From the NCBI GenBank assembly GCA_021782495.1, contig JAJXUV010000001.1:374637-438636 (forward strand): 64,000 nucleotides of DNA. The letters run 5' to 3'. Shown here piece after piece: positions 9,835-19,611 of this stretch. The notes beneath the pieces are model-generated. The model was not told where the DNA came from and did not search any database. It saw only the letters and a program-made list of their open reading frames with translations. The translations under genes and the position numbers were made by a program. Positions within the stretch are counted from its first letter, which is position 1. The number at the start of each line of letters is the position of its first letter. This DNA comes from Pseudomonadota bacterium (GTDB lineage Bacteria > Pseudomonadota > Gammaproteobacteria > UBA1113).

Positions 9835-11265
9835 TTATACAGTAGTTAATAAACTTTTACTCAATTCCACTCCAAATTGATCGAAGGGATTAATTGCCCA
9901 TAATGCAGCGGCCATGACAGTACGGTGCTCATACAAAGCCAATAAAGAACCCATGATTTTGGGAGATATTTTTTCAAAAGAAAATAAATGATAAGGTTGC
10001 CCTAGGCCTTGACGCGCTGATGTTAATGCTTTAGCTTGGGCCAAACAATGTGTTGCCAATTTGTTTTGTTGCTGTGAAAAATAAATGTCAGATGTGCGTG
10101 GTAAGATAATATCTATTGGGATAAGCCGGGTTCCTTCCATCAACAGTTGTTGAAAAGTATGTTGACTATTACTACCGACACCGCCCCAGATAATTGGGTT
10201 AGTATGGTAATCTACGATTTCACCCTGCAGAGTGCGTGATTTACCGTTACTTTCCATCATCAACTGTTGCAAATAATGTATTAAATCACTTAACTGACTA
10301 CTATAAATTAATATGGCACGGCTATGTGCATCTAAAAAATTAGTGTACCAGCAATCCATTGCTGCTAATAGCAATGCTGGGTTTTGCATAAAATTTTCTT
10401 GAGCGCAGATTTCATCCATAGCGTGTGCGCCTGCCAAGAACTCTTTAAATTGATGTGTACCTATAGCCAACATCAAAGAAAATCCTATAGCAGACCATAT
10501 GGAAAAACGTCCACCCACCCAGTGATTGATTTTCAGAATATGTTTTTTCTTAAATCCTTGCTGCAATGCTTTTTCTTCATTCGCAGTAATGGCAATACAC
10601 TGATTGGCAATAAAATGAGAATCTGCATCGAGTGCGGAACACAAATTAGAAAAATTAGTGAGCGTTTCATCGGTGGTAAAAGATTTAGAAGATACAATGA
10701 ATAAACTGTGTTTTACATCAATTTTTTTTAGAGTATCTTGTAATTCCCACGGATCTAGATTGGCAATGAAGTGAAACGATAAGTCATTTATCTTATGGTT
10801 TTCTAGCGCTTTAATTAAGAACCTAGGTCCATAATCAGAGCCGCCAATACCCATATGAACAATATAACGAATCGGGTGCTCACTGCCTTCCCAAGGTTGA
10901 TGTTGATGAATTATTTCTGTTAAAGATTGCATTTTTTGTATAGAATCTGCGACAGAATCTCTCACGGTCTCTGAGTAATAATGTGGGTTGCGCAATGCTG
11001 TGTGCAATGCTTGTCGTTGTTCAGAAATATTGACTTCCTTGCCCTGTATCATCGCTTTAAAAAATTCCATCACTCCTTGTGATTGACACAAACTGGATAA
11101 AAGAGTCAATACTTCATTGGTTATATAATTGTGACTGAGATCGCAACTAATTCCTGCTGCTTCTAAATGCAATGTATACATGGGTAGGTGAAGTTTTAAC
11201 TTTTGTGCCTGTTCTTTTAGCAGAGGCCATTGTGGCGTTTTAGATAAAAGTCTCCTGGAAAACAT
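9835..11265 (-). CDS. pgi: Glucose-6-phosphate isomerase
   Basis: 476 aa. PGI signature segments [13 protein letters not shown] and [17 protein letters not shown]-terminal GVELSK. Confidence 0.8.
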   Translation of the reverse strand: MFSRRLLSKTPQWPLLKEQAQKLKLHLPMYTLHLEAAGISCDLSHNYITNEVLTLLSSLCQSQGVMEFFKAMIQGKEVNISEQRQALHTALRNPHYYSETVRDSVADSIQKMQSLTEIIHQHQPWEGSEHPIRYIVHMGIGGSDYGPRFLIKALENHKINDLSFHFIANLDPWELQDTLKKIDVKHSLFIVSSKSFTTDETLTNFSNLCSALDADSHFIANQCIAITANEEKALQQGFKKKHILKINHWVGGRFSIWSAIGFSLMLAIGTHQFKEFLAGAHAMDEICAQENFMQNPALLLAAMDCWYTNFLDAHSRAILIYSSQLSDLIHYLQQLMMESNGKSRTLQGEIVDYHTNPIIWGGVGSNSQHTFQQLLMEGTRLIPIDIILPRTSDIYFSQQQNKLATHCLAQAKALTSARQGLGQPYHLFSFEKISPKIMGSLLALYEHRTVMAAALWAINPFDQFGVELSKSLLTTV

Positions 11266-12305
11266 TAAATAATTCCTTTATTATATGCTGCAATATAAAA
11301 ATCTATTGTTTTTCTAAGGCCAACCATGGGATCGGTAGTAGGCTGCCAATTTAAGGTTTGACGAATCTTTTTGTTATCAATAGCATAACGAAAATCATGG
11401 CCAGGGCGATCAGTGACAAATTGAATGAGATTTGCATGAGGGCTTTTTTCTGGGTAATATTCGTCCATGATATGACAGATTATTTTAATTAAAGTGAGGT
11501 TGTTAACTTCATAACCGCCACCGATGTTGTATACCTCGCCGACTATGCCTTTTTCTAAAATAAGACAAATGGCTTGACAATGATCTTCAACATAAAGCCA
11601 GTCACGATAATTCAATCCATTACCATAAACAGGAATGGCTTTAGACTCTAAGCAATGATAAATAACGGTAGGGACCAATTTTTCTGCATGTTGGTGTGGT
11701 CCATAATTATTAGAACAGTTAGAGATGGTGACAGGCAAACTGAATGTTTTACCATAAGCACGTACAGCATGATCCGAAGCAGCTTTAGAAGCTGAGTAAG
11801 GAGAGTTGGGTTTATAAGGTGTTTCTTCAGTAAATGGAAGATCATTTTGATTGAGAGAGCCATATACTTCATCTGTGGAAATATGATGAAAGCGGCATTG
11901 TTCTGCAGACCATTTTTGTTCATCTATCCAATATTCTTTAGCCATTTGCAATAAAGTAACCGTACCCATGACATTGGTTTCAAAAAAAATGGCTGGAGTA
12001 GCAATTGAATTATCAACATGCGATTCGGCCGCAAAATGCACAATGGTATCGATAGTGTGTTTTCTAAGTATTTCAGCAACTTTTTCCCCATTGTTAATAT
12101 CAGCCTGAATAAAAGTATGTCGCGGGTGATTTTGTACAGAGGTCAAATTAGCTAAGTTGCTTGCGTAGGTTAATTTGTCATAACTGTATACATTTACAGC
12201 ATTATTTTTTACTAGTAATTCATTAACGAAGTGACTACCAATAAACCCAGCAGCTCCCGTGATTAATACATTTTGTATTTTTCGCATGATAAGTGAGTTC
12301 CTCAT
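11265..12305 (-). CDS. rfbB: dTDP-glucose 4,6-dehydratase
   Basis: 346 aa. VLITGAAGFIGSHF, plus SDR YxxxK (YSASKAASDH). The likely start is the M at 12287 (MRKIQNVLITG). Confidence 0.9.
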   Translation of the reverse strand: MRNSLIMRKIQNVLITGAAGFIGSHFVNELLVKNNAVNVYSYDKLTYASNLANLTSVQNHPRHTFIQADINNGEKVAEILRKHTIDTIVHFAAESHVDNSIATPAIFFETNVMGTVTLLQMAKEYWIDEQKWSAEQCRFHHISTDEVYGSLNQNDLPFTEETPYKPNSPYSASKAASDHAVRAYGKTFSLPVTISNCSNNYGPHQHAEKLVPTVIYHCLESKAIPVYGNGLNYRDWLYVEDHCQAICLILEKGIVGEVYNIGGGYEVNNLTLIKIICHIMDEYYPEKSPHANLIQFVTDRPGHDFRYAIDNKKIRQTLNWQPTTDPMVGLRKTIDFYIAAYNKGII

Positions 12306-12691
12306 TAAATCTTCTTGAAAACAAAGATTCTCATTGTATTGTATGAAATCAATGCAGCAATAATCGTTGTTAGAATTTGGGCTAAATAGGGATTCGCTTT
12401 TAGTAAAGAGACAAATCCGTGTAACAATGTTAAATTTATTCCTAATAAAAACACATAAAAAGTAACATAACGTATTATCAAAATATAATTATTGTGCTTA
12501 ACTGAAAAAACTATAAATTTATTCATGAAATAGCTCAAGACTACCCCTAATAAGAAAGAAACTGTACTGGCGATTAAGTAGTTACAATTAAAATAAATTA
12601 ATGTCGCATAAATTGAATAAGCCACTAAATTATAGCTAGCTGCGACAAAACCGAATTTGATGAATTGCTGGTAGCGCCAAATCAATTTCAT
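12305..12691 (-). CDS. GtrA-family small membrane protein (bactoprenol-sugar translocation accessory)
   Basis: 128 aa with four predicted hydrophobic helices. Its stop overlaps the rfbB start, and it overlaps the GT2 stop by 4 nt. Confidence 0.65.
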   Translation of the reverse strand: MKLIWRYQQFIKFGFVAASYNLVAYSIYATLIYFNCNYLIASTVSFLLGVVLSYFMNKFIVFSVKHNNYILIIRYVTFYVFLLGINLTLLHGFVSLLKANPYLAQILTTIIAALISYNTMRIFVFKKI

Positions 12692-13644
12692 AACCCGTGT
12701 TTTTCATCCAGTACGTATAAAGGGCGTTTACGGCTCTCATCAAAGTTTCGCCATAAATATTCACCAATGATACCCAATGTCAGCATCTGAACGCCTGAAG
12801 TAAACATCATAGCGACCATTAAAGAAGACCAACCGGCATTAGCGCCAAAAGCGATTTTTTGAAAAATGACATAAGTTGCGTAAATTAAACTAAAAATGCA
12901 ATCCAATAGACCCACTAAAGAAATAATACGAATGGGAACATAAGAAAACGCCAATAATGAATCTAATGCCAATTTAAATTTTTTGGCGAAGGTCCAACTG
13001 GATTTGCCAATTTTTCTAGATTCACGTGTGTACGCCACTTCAGCGCGTTGAAAGCCCAGCCATAATACTTGCGCAAAGAGCGAAGTGTTTTTTTCTTCTA
13101 TTTTTGTTAAAACATCAATGACTTGTTTATCCGCTAAAAAACAATCGAACCCACCCAAAGGCATGTCCGTGATAGCATATTTTTTCATGAGTTTATAGTA
13201 AGTGGAAGCAAATAATTTTTGATAAAACGATTCCTGGCGTTCTTGACGTACAGCCAAAACAACTTTATTACCTTCGAGATATTTTTTAAATAATTTCAAA
13301 ATTAAGACAGGGGGATCTTGTAAGTCGGCGGATATCACGACCGCACAATCCCCACTGATATGTTCAAGCCCCGCGTATATAGCAGTATGTTGCCCAAAAT
13401 TACGAGATAATTTAATGACTTTTACTTGGGGATTGAGCGCTCTTAATTTTAAGGCTTCTTGATAAGAATTGTCTTTGGAGCCATCATCCACCAAAATTAG
13501 CTCATAATCTGCTAAGTGTGGAAATACGTCTGATGCCAATTTTGCATACGTAACAGGCAGATTTTTTTCGTTAAAATACAGTGGGATTACAATAGACAAT
13601 TTTTTAGACATATTTTCTTGCCTGGGTAGTATAAATATGGGCAA
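12688..13644 (-). CDS. Undecaprenyl-phosphate sugar transferase (GT2, ArnC/GtrB/DPM1-like)
   Basis: 318 aa. LSIVIPLYFNEKNL and ELILVDDGSKDNS GT2 motifs. Two C-terminal transmembrane helices, typical of ArnC/GtrB. The likely start is the M at 13611. Confidence 0.8.
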   Translation of the reverse strand: MPIFILPRQENMSKKLSIVIPLYFNEKNLPVTYAKLASDVFPHLADYELILVDDGSKDNSYQEALKLRALNPQVKVIKLSRNFGQHTAIYAGLEHISGDCAVVISADLQDPPVLILKLFKKYLEGNKVVLAVRQERQESFYQKLFASTYYKLMKKYAITDMPLGGFDCFLADKQVIDVLTKIEEKNTSLFAQVLWLGFQRAEVAYTRESRKIGKSSWTFAKKFKLALDSLLAFSYVPIRIISLVGLLDCIFSLIYATYVIFQKIAFGANAGWSSLMVAMMFTSGVQMLTLGIIGEYLWRNFDESRKRPLYVLDEKHGL

Positions 13645-13686
13645 GATTTTATCAAAGCAAGACCTTTATTGTCAATATCTTTAGCT

Positions 13687-14595
13687 TTAAGATTTAATCA
13701 GGGGAAGGCTAAATCTTGTTCTAAAAGATTTTAGCGGGAGTAGTGAATTCCCTTCAATATCATGCAAATTGGTTATCATTAATAATCCAGAAGCACAAAC
13801 TATTACCGGATACCCATTATAGCAAAAAATAACTTTGCCTATATTGTTTTTTCTATTTTCTATCTGCACGTCAGGATAAAGCTGTGCATCTAGTATGGTT
13901 ACAAGTTTGTTACTGACAATTGTTTTTGCTCCGTCATATGGAGGACCAACAGCGTCTATAAAACGCTTAATTTCTTCTGATGATTGTTCCCAGTTGATTA
14001 AATAATCAGATTCATCTCGCCATAGACTATAACTTGCCTGAGCTTCATTTTGCTGAATAGATATAAGACGATCATTTGATATTAAATTTAACACTTCGAG
14101 TATACATTCAGAATATAAAACTGAAATTTTGTCTATTGCATTTTGAATTTTAATTGGATAAAGTATTTTTATTTTTTTTTGGCAAATAATAGGTCCTTTA
14201 TCATATTCTTCGTGAGCAAATAGGGCTGTTACCCCAATAAAATTTTCACCGTTAATAAGCGAATTAACTAAAGGTGCAAAGCCTCTATATTTAGGGAGCA
14301 TTGAATCGTGTAATACAATTAGATTTTTATTGTTTTTTAGAAGCCATTTCCATCCTATTGCAAACAAATAAACTCCTTCAGAAATCTGAAATTCAGAATT
14401 TCGTTCAACACATTTGATGTTGTTTTTTTTGCAGAAATTTATTATTTCATTGGAATAATCATTTTTTATATGGGTGTCTTTTGCAAATACAACCAGCTCA
14501 AAAATTGGAGAAGAAAATTGTTGATGAATACTATTTAAAACAGTATAACCTTTTTGTCCAAGAATAAATAATATTATTTTCAATTGATTTTTCAT
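13687..14595 (-). CDS. Formyltransferase-fold protein (putative sugar N-formyltransferase)
   Basis: 302 aa. Formyl_trans_N motif LIVLHDSMLPKYRGFAPLVNSLING matches the SLLPxxRG signature. It is co-oriented in an operon with the GT2, GtrA, rfbB, pgi, rfbA and aminotransferase genes. Confidence 0.7.
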   Translation of the reverse strand: MKNQLKIILFILGQKGYTVLNSIHQQFSSPIFELVVFAKDTHIKNDYSNEIINFCKKNNIKCVERNSEFQISEGVYLFAIGWKWLLKNNKNLIVLHDSMLPKYRGFAPLVNSLINGENFIGVTALFAHEEYDKGPIICQKKIKILYPIKIQNAIDKISVLYSECILEVLNLISNDRLISIQQNEAQASYSLWRDESDYLINWEQSSEEIKRFIDAVGPPYDGAKTIVSNKLVTILDAQLYPDVQIENRKNNIGKVIFCYNGYPVIVCASGLLMITNLHDIEGNSLLPLKSFRTRFSLPLIKS

Positions 14596-14773
14596 TTTCG
14601 TTTAACAGGCTCTCTTTTTATGAAGATATTGACAATTATAATATACATATTGTTCAAAATTAAGATGCTACTACTATACTAGAAATTTAAAATGTTTGTT
14701 ATGGAAGGCTAGCAGTGTTTTTTTGTTCATTTTTAAGCTATAATATCTTCTAAATTAATTATAAGGTCAAAAT

Positions 14774-16150
14774 TTGAACAATATTCCCCGCCACATCTTC
14801 CGCCACTACGATATCCGTGGGATTGCCGGTGTTGAACTGACGACAGACGCTGTTTACCAGATCGCACGCGCTTTTGGTGCAATGTTGCAGATTCAAAAAG
14901 AAGAAACAGTTATTACGGCTTGCGATGCGCGCTTAAGTGCAGAGATCTTGTATCCTGCTTTAAAAAAAGGCTTGCTAGACAGTGGTTTAGAGGTAATCGA
15001 TATTGGCGCCGTGCCGACGCCAGTTTTGTATTTTGCAACGGCCACCAGTCCGTGCGCCAATGGCGTGATGTTAACGGCCAGCCATAATCCCAAAGAATAC
15101 AATGGCTTAAAGATGTTGTTGCAGGGAAAAAACTTAACGACAGCTGAGCTGCAAGGCTTGGCTGAAGTCGTGAATACCACTTCTTTCCGTCCTTTAGCTT
15201 CAGGTCAACTGCGACAAGCGGATTTTCTATCCCCTTACATCGATACCATCGTACAACAATGTTCTTTGGTACAGCCGCTTAAAATTGTCATCGATTGTGC
15301 CAATGCTATTCCCGCGGTAGTGGCACCCACTTTATTTAAGCGTTTGGGCTGTGAAGTCATTGAATTGCACACAGAATTAGACGGTACTTTTCCCAATCAT
15401 GCGCCGGATCCCACGCAACCGAATAATTTAAAAGATTTGATCACGGTTGTAAAAGCGCACCAAGCGGATCTCGGATTGGCCTTTGATGGCGATGGTGATC
15501 GCGTAGGCGTGGTCACTGCCGAAGGTGAGGTGATATTTGCCGATCGCTTATTGATGCTATTAGCCCAAGATGTTTTATCGCGGCATCCAGGCGCGACGAT
15601 TGTTTATGACGTTAAATGCTCCCATCTGTTGAAGCAAGTCATTCAAGCTTCAAATGGCAGACCCTTGATGGGAAAAACAGGCCATTCGCTGGTTAAGGCT
15701 TTGATGCGACAAGAAAAAGCTTTGTTGGCGGGGGAAATGAGTGGCCATATTTTCTTTAAAGAAAATTGGTATGGCTTTGATGATGGTTTGTATACAGCAG
15801 CACGCTTATTGACTTTATTGTCGCATGCTTCGGACGTTAGTGCCGTGTTTGCAGCGCTACCTCGTTGGTTTTCCACGCCTGAATTGGCTATTCCTGTGGC
15901 CGAAGATCATAAAGCCCCCTTAATGCAGGCTTTGATAACGCGTTTAACAACCGAATCAGGTGAAGTGTGTTTACTCGATGGCATTCGCATTGATTTCCAA
16001 GATGCTTGGGGATTGATACGACCGTCCAATACCACACCGAGTTTGGTTTTACGCTTTGAAGGCGGAAGTGAAGAAAGTTTAATACGCGTCCAAACCTTAT
16101 TTAAAAATCATTTATCTGCAATAGAACCGGGATTGGTCCTGCCGTTTTAA
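14774..16150 (+). CDS. manB: Phosphomannomutase/phosphoglucomutase
   Basis: 458 aa. Active-site loop TASHNPKEYNG. Metal loop FDGDGDRVGVV. Sugar-binding loop GEMSGH. Confidence 0.85.
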   Translation: MNNIPRHIFRHYDIRGIAGVELTTDAVYQIARAFGAMLQIQKEETVITACDARLSAEILYPALKKGLLDSGLEVIDIGAVPTPVLYFATATSPCANGVMLTASHNPKEYNGLKMLLQGKNLTTAELQGLAEVVNTTSFRPLASGQLRQADFLSPYIDTIVQQCSLVQPLKIVIDCANAIPAVVAPTLFKRLGCEVIELHTELDGTFPNHAPDPTQPNNLKDLITVVKAHQADLGLAFDGDGDRVGVVTAEGEVIFADRLLMLLAQDVLSRHPGATIVYDVKCSHLLKQVIQASNGRPLMGKTGHSLVKALMRQEKALLAGEMSGHIFFKENWYGFDDGLYTAARLLTLLSHASDVSAVFAALPRWFSTPELAIPVAEDHKAPLMQALITRLTTESGEVCLLDGIRIDFQDAWGLIRPSNTTPSLVLRFEGGSEESLIRVQTLFKNHLSAIEPGLVLPF

Positions 16151-16167
16151 AAATATTTTCTCGATGG

Positions 16168-16183
16168 GCGCCTCGCGAGGCGC
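16168..16183. terminator. GC-rich perfect palindrome (gcgcctcgcgaggcgc) downstream of manB. Possible terminator or bidirectional hairpin.
   Basis: 8+8 perfect palindrome 18 nt after the manB stop. On the + strand it is followed by an A-run, so it would give a U-run only on the opposite strand. A second small hairpin, gcgt...acgc, follows. Confidence 0.3.
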
Positions 16184-16280
16184 GCGTGAAAAAAATACGC
16201 CGATCTTGGCGTTAAATCTTGCATCTACTATTATCTTTTGATAAAATCAATTCCCCCCTGCCAATAAGAGCGCTATTCAT

Positions 16281-18062
16281 ATGGCCCAGACAAGCTTCCC
16301 GACCACCACTTTTCGCTTTATTTTTCATTTTGCTAAAGCGCAAAAGTTAAAATTTAGCTTGTTTGCTTTAACAGGAATGGCTTGGGCTGTCAACGATTCC
16401 CTATTTCCTTATTTTTTAAAGCAAATTGTCAATACTTTAGCAGGATATCAGGGAATTCCGTCGAATGTTTTCGCCGCCGTTCGAGGCACTTTGATTTTAT
16501 TGGTAGCCTTTTGGTTGGTGATGGAACTTTTGCAGCGCGCTCAAGGCATTTTGCAAATTTACACTTATCCGAAATTTAGAGCCCAAATTCGAGGATCTGT
16601 GTTGGAACACGTGAAGACTCTGTCGCAAGAATATTTTGCCAATCATTTTGCCGGAAACATTTCTAAGAAATTATCGGATTTGCCGAACAGTTGTCAAACC
16701 ATTACGGAAATGGTGTGTTTTCAATTCATTACGGTGGCTGCGGGTATCGTGATGGTATTGACGATGATGTGGAAAATCAATCCGCTTTTTGCATTTATTT
16801 TATTAGGATGGCTCAGCTCGCACATTGGGATTACCATCTTATTTTTAAAACGGACTAATCACTTGTGGGAAATGCATGCAGATGCGGTATCGGTCTTAAA
16901 TGGAAAAATTGTCGATGTGTTAACGAATATGAGTACCGTGCGTTTGTTTTCTCGCCATCATTATGAAACCGATTATGTAGGGATTGTGCAAAATCAAGAA
17001 ATGAAAAAATCTCGAGATGCAATGTGGTTGATGGAATTAACGCGCGTGGGTTTGGGTATCAGCGGTTTGTTGTTGATATTCGGTATGGTGTTCACCTTAT
17101 TATATGGTTATAGCCATGGTTGGGTGAGTCTAGGCGATTTTACCCAAGTTGGAATGCAAACATTTTGGCTTTTAGGATGGATTTGGTTTATCAGCTATCA
17201 GTTGATGCAGTTTGCGCGTGAAAGCGGGACCATTCGGGACGCTTTGAAATTAGTCGCGGTGAAGCCTGATATTAGCGATGAAAAGGGTGCAAAAGCTTTG
17301 ATAGTAAAAGAAGGCAGCATTGATTTTCGAAACGTGGGTTTTGCTTATCAAAAAAATAGAGCGGTCTTTCAAGATTTTAATGTGCATATCCGCCCGGGAG
17401 AAAAAGTAGGGTTGGTGGGCTTCTCAGGGTCGGGTAAATCGACCTTCGTGAATTTAATTTTACGTTATTACGATCTACAGCAAGGTCAAATTTGCATTGA
17501 CGATCAAAATATCGCTGAAATCACCCAAGATTCTTTGCGCAACAACATCGCCACAATTCCGCAAGATCCGAGTTTGTTTCACCGTACTTTAATGGAAAAT
17601 ATACGGTATGGTCGTTTGGAAGCAAGCGATGAAGAAGTGATGCAAGCTGCCAAAATGGCACACTGCGATGAATTTATCCAGCATTTAGATGAAGGGTATG
17701 AAGCTTTGGTCGGTGAACGCGGCATTAAACTGTCCGGTGGGCAACGTCAACGTATCGCGATTGCCAGAGCGATATTAAAAGACGCACCTATTTTAATTTT
17801 GGATGAAGCCACTTCAGCCTTAGATTCAGTCACCGAAAAATTAATTCAAGACAGTTTGAAACAATTGATGCAGCATAAAACCACGCTGGTCATCGCGCAC
17901 CGATTGTCTACTTTAAATGGTATGGATCGCATATTAGTGTTTCATCATGGCCGTATTATTGAAGAAGGCTCGCAAGCAGAATTGCTAGAAAAAAACGGCC
18001 ATTTTGCTCATTTGTGGAAAATGCAAAGCAATGGCTTTTTGCCGGAAGAAGAAGGCGCTTAA
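16281..18062 (+). CDS. ABC transporter, fused permease/ATPase (MsbA/lipid A exporter-like)
   Basis: 593 aa. Six N-terminal transmembrane helices. Walker A GFSGSGKST, ABC signature LSGGQRQRIAIARA, Walker B ILILDEATSALD. Confidence 0.85.
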   Translation: MAQTSFPTTTFRFIFHFAKAQKLKFSLFALTGMAWAVNDSLFPYFLKQIVNTLAGYQGIPSNVFAAVRGTLILLVAFWLVMELLQRAQGILQIYTYPKFRAQIRGSVLEHVKTLSQEYFANHFAGNISKKLSDLPNSCQTITEMVCFQFITVAAGIVMVLTMMWKINPLFAFILLGWLSSHIGITILFLKRTNHLWEMHADAVSVLNGKIVDVLTNMSTVRLFSRHHYETDYVGIVQNQEMKKSRDAMWLMELTRVGLGISGLLLIFGMVFTLLYGYSHGWVSLGDFTQVGMQTFWLLGWIWFISYQLMQFARESGTIRDALKLVAVKPDISDEKGAKALIVKEGSIDFRNVGFAYQKNRAVFQDFNVHIRPGEKVGLVGFSGSGKSTFVNLILRYYDLQQGQICIDDQNIAEITQDSLRNNIATIPQDPSLFHRTLMENIRYGRLEASDEEVMQAAKMAHCDEFIQHLDEGYEALVGERGIKLSGGQRQRIAIARAILKDAPILILDEATSALDSVTEKLIQDSLKQLMQHKTTLVIAHRLSTLNGMDRILVFHHGRIIEEGSQAELLEKNGHFAHLWKMQSNGFLPEEEGA

Positions 18063-18085
18063 TTTAAGCGCCTTCACACACACCA

Positions 18086-19558
18086 TTAAACGATATCCAC
18101 CGTCGCTTGTAGTGAATACAAATTTGCCGAGGCATCGACAGAACCCACAGAAGCACTTAAGTGAGGCACACTTGGATCGGAAGGTTGGTTGATCTTCGCG
18201 TCTTGAAACCAAATGTGCATGTACCCTGCATCTAATTTCAGGTATTGATTGATCCGGTAACCAGCCCCCAAAGCGCCTTCCCAACGATTACTGTCGGGTA
18301 AACGAATGGTGCGATCCGTATTATTCACAGGAGATTGATCGAAAGCGCCGCCGATTCTGAAAGTGAGTTCATTATTAAATTTATACTCTGAACCCAAAGC
18401 ATAGCGCCAAGTATTTCTGAAATTTTCAGGGTAAGTGATATCCACCGCTTGATTGGGTTGAATTAATTGTGAGCTTCTCGTATTAATGAAAGCAACGTCT
18501 TTCAATGTTAAGTTTTGAACACTGTTCCACTGAGTGTAATACAAGGAGGTCATCAGAGCCCATTGCGCAGTTAACTCTTGATAAAAACTCAAGGTCGTCA
18601 TTGCAGGCACCTTGACTTTAGCGGAAGTGTCCGTTTTGAAAGTGGGGTAAGAACCCGTGGTTGTATTGGAACCCAAAACTGTCGTAGTCGTTCGTGCTCC
18701 CTCGCCGCCAGTGTATTTGCTGGTACCGCTTAAATCGTATTGCACGGCGGAACGATAACTCAATCCCAAGCGTGAGCCCGGGCTGAATTGATACAAGCCG
18801 CCGATATCCCAACCCCAGCCCCAATCGTCTGCATTATTTCGAATAGCACTGTCTGAGTACTGTTGGGTAACGGTCACAGGGCCGATTAAAGGACTCTTTC
18901 CTTGTGCTATCACAGTCGGGTTGGGCATGAGATTAGAGTGACTATTAAGGGTAGCACTCATTTGTTGTGCGTCGATACCCGCACCGACAGAGAATTGCTC
19001 GCTAAATTTAAAAGCGATATTCGGGTTGATATTGATGGTTTGGATCTTAGAATTCGTGGCTTGATAGCGCAAAGGCGTGTCGCTATCATAATAAGTAGCC
19101 AAACCGAAAGGCGCAGTTAAACTGATACCGCCATACCATCTATCATTAAAAGGCATCGCATAATGAAATTCGGGCACAATGTTATTCGTACCACCATTCT
19201 CGCTGGTCCGTGTTAATTGACAAGCATTAATAGGAATTATTCCAAAAGGACTGGTAGCGAAGCCACCTTCAATACCCCCACAAGCGGAACCGCTAAAGTC
19301 CGCATTGGCGCTGATCACTGTTGCGCCAAGTACAAATTCTGGGTTTTTAAGATTCACCAAACCGGCTGGGTTGCTGAAGTTGGTCGTGGCATCTTCGGCA
19401 TAAGCCGCACCGCCTGCACCGGCTAAACTAACTTCAGTAGTACTGTATTCATTGGCCAGCTGAAAACCACTGGCAAAAGCTTGGCCATAGAGTGCACCTA
19501 ACAATAAAGTGGTACGGCGCAACGCAGGTAATGAAATGAAGCGATTTAAATGAATCAT
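18086..19558 (-). CDS. Outer membrane transport protein, OmpP1/FadL/TodX family
   Basis: 490 aa. Signal peptide. N-terminal GFQLANEYSTTEVSLAGAGGAAYAEDATTNFSNPAGL is typical of FadL. Confidence 0.7.
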   Translation of the reverse strand: MIHLNRFISLPALRRTTLLLGALYGQAFASGFQLANEYSTTEVSLAGAGGAAYAEDATTNFSNPAGLVNLKNPEFVLGATVISANADFSGSACGGIEGGFATSPFGIIPINACQLTRTSENGGTNNIVPEFHYAMPFNDRWYGGISLTAPFGLATYYDSDTPLRYQATNSKIQTININPNIAFKFSEQFSVGAGIDAQQMSATLNSHSNLMPNPTVIAQGKSPLIGPVTVTQQYSDSAIRNNADDWGWGWDIGGLYQFSPGSRLGLSYRSAVQYDLSGTSKYTGGEGARTTTTVLGSNTTTGSYPTFKTDTSAKVKVPAMTTLSFYQELTAQWALMTSLYYTQWNSVQNLTLKDVAFINTRSSQLIQPNQAVDITYPENFRNTWRYALGSEYKFNNELTFRIGGAFDQSPVNNTDRTIRLPDSNRWEGALGAGYRINQYLKLDAGYMHIWFQDAKINQPSDPSVPHLSASVGSVDASANLYSLQATVDIV

Positions 19559-19611
19559 CGGGACATACTCCTTATTTTATCCGAATTTAACTCTAACGAT
19601 GTGTTAGGTCT

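Noticed and set aside
10384-10704. 106-aa ORF antisense to pgi
   Set aside because: It is nested antisense in a conserved enzyme gene and shows no signal.
9835-11265. Considered calling the rfbA-rfbB embedded gene a mannose-6-phosphate isomerase or other sugar isomerase instead of pgi
   Set aside because: The SIS-domain PGI signatures ([24 protein letters not shown]) are explicit. I kept pgi and flagged the unusual location as a finding.
16168-16200. GC-rich palindrome after manB, considered as a canonical rho-independent terminator
   Set aside because: The U-run is on the wrong side for the + strand transcript. I kept it only as a low-confidence hairpin feature.
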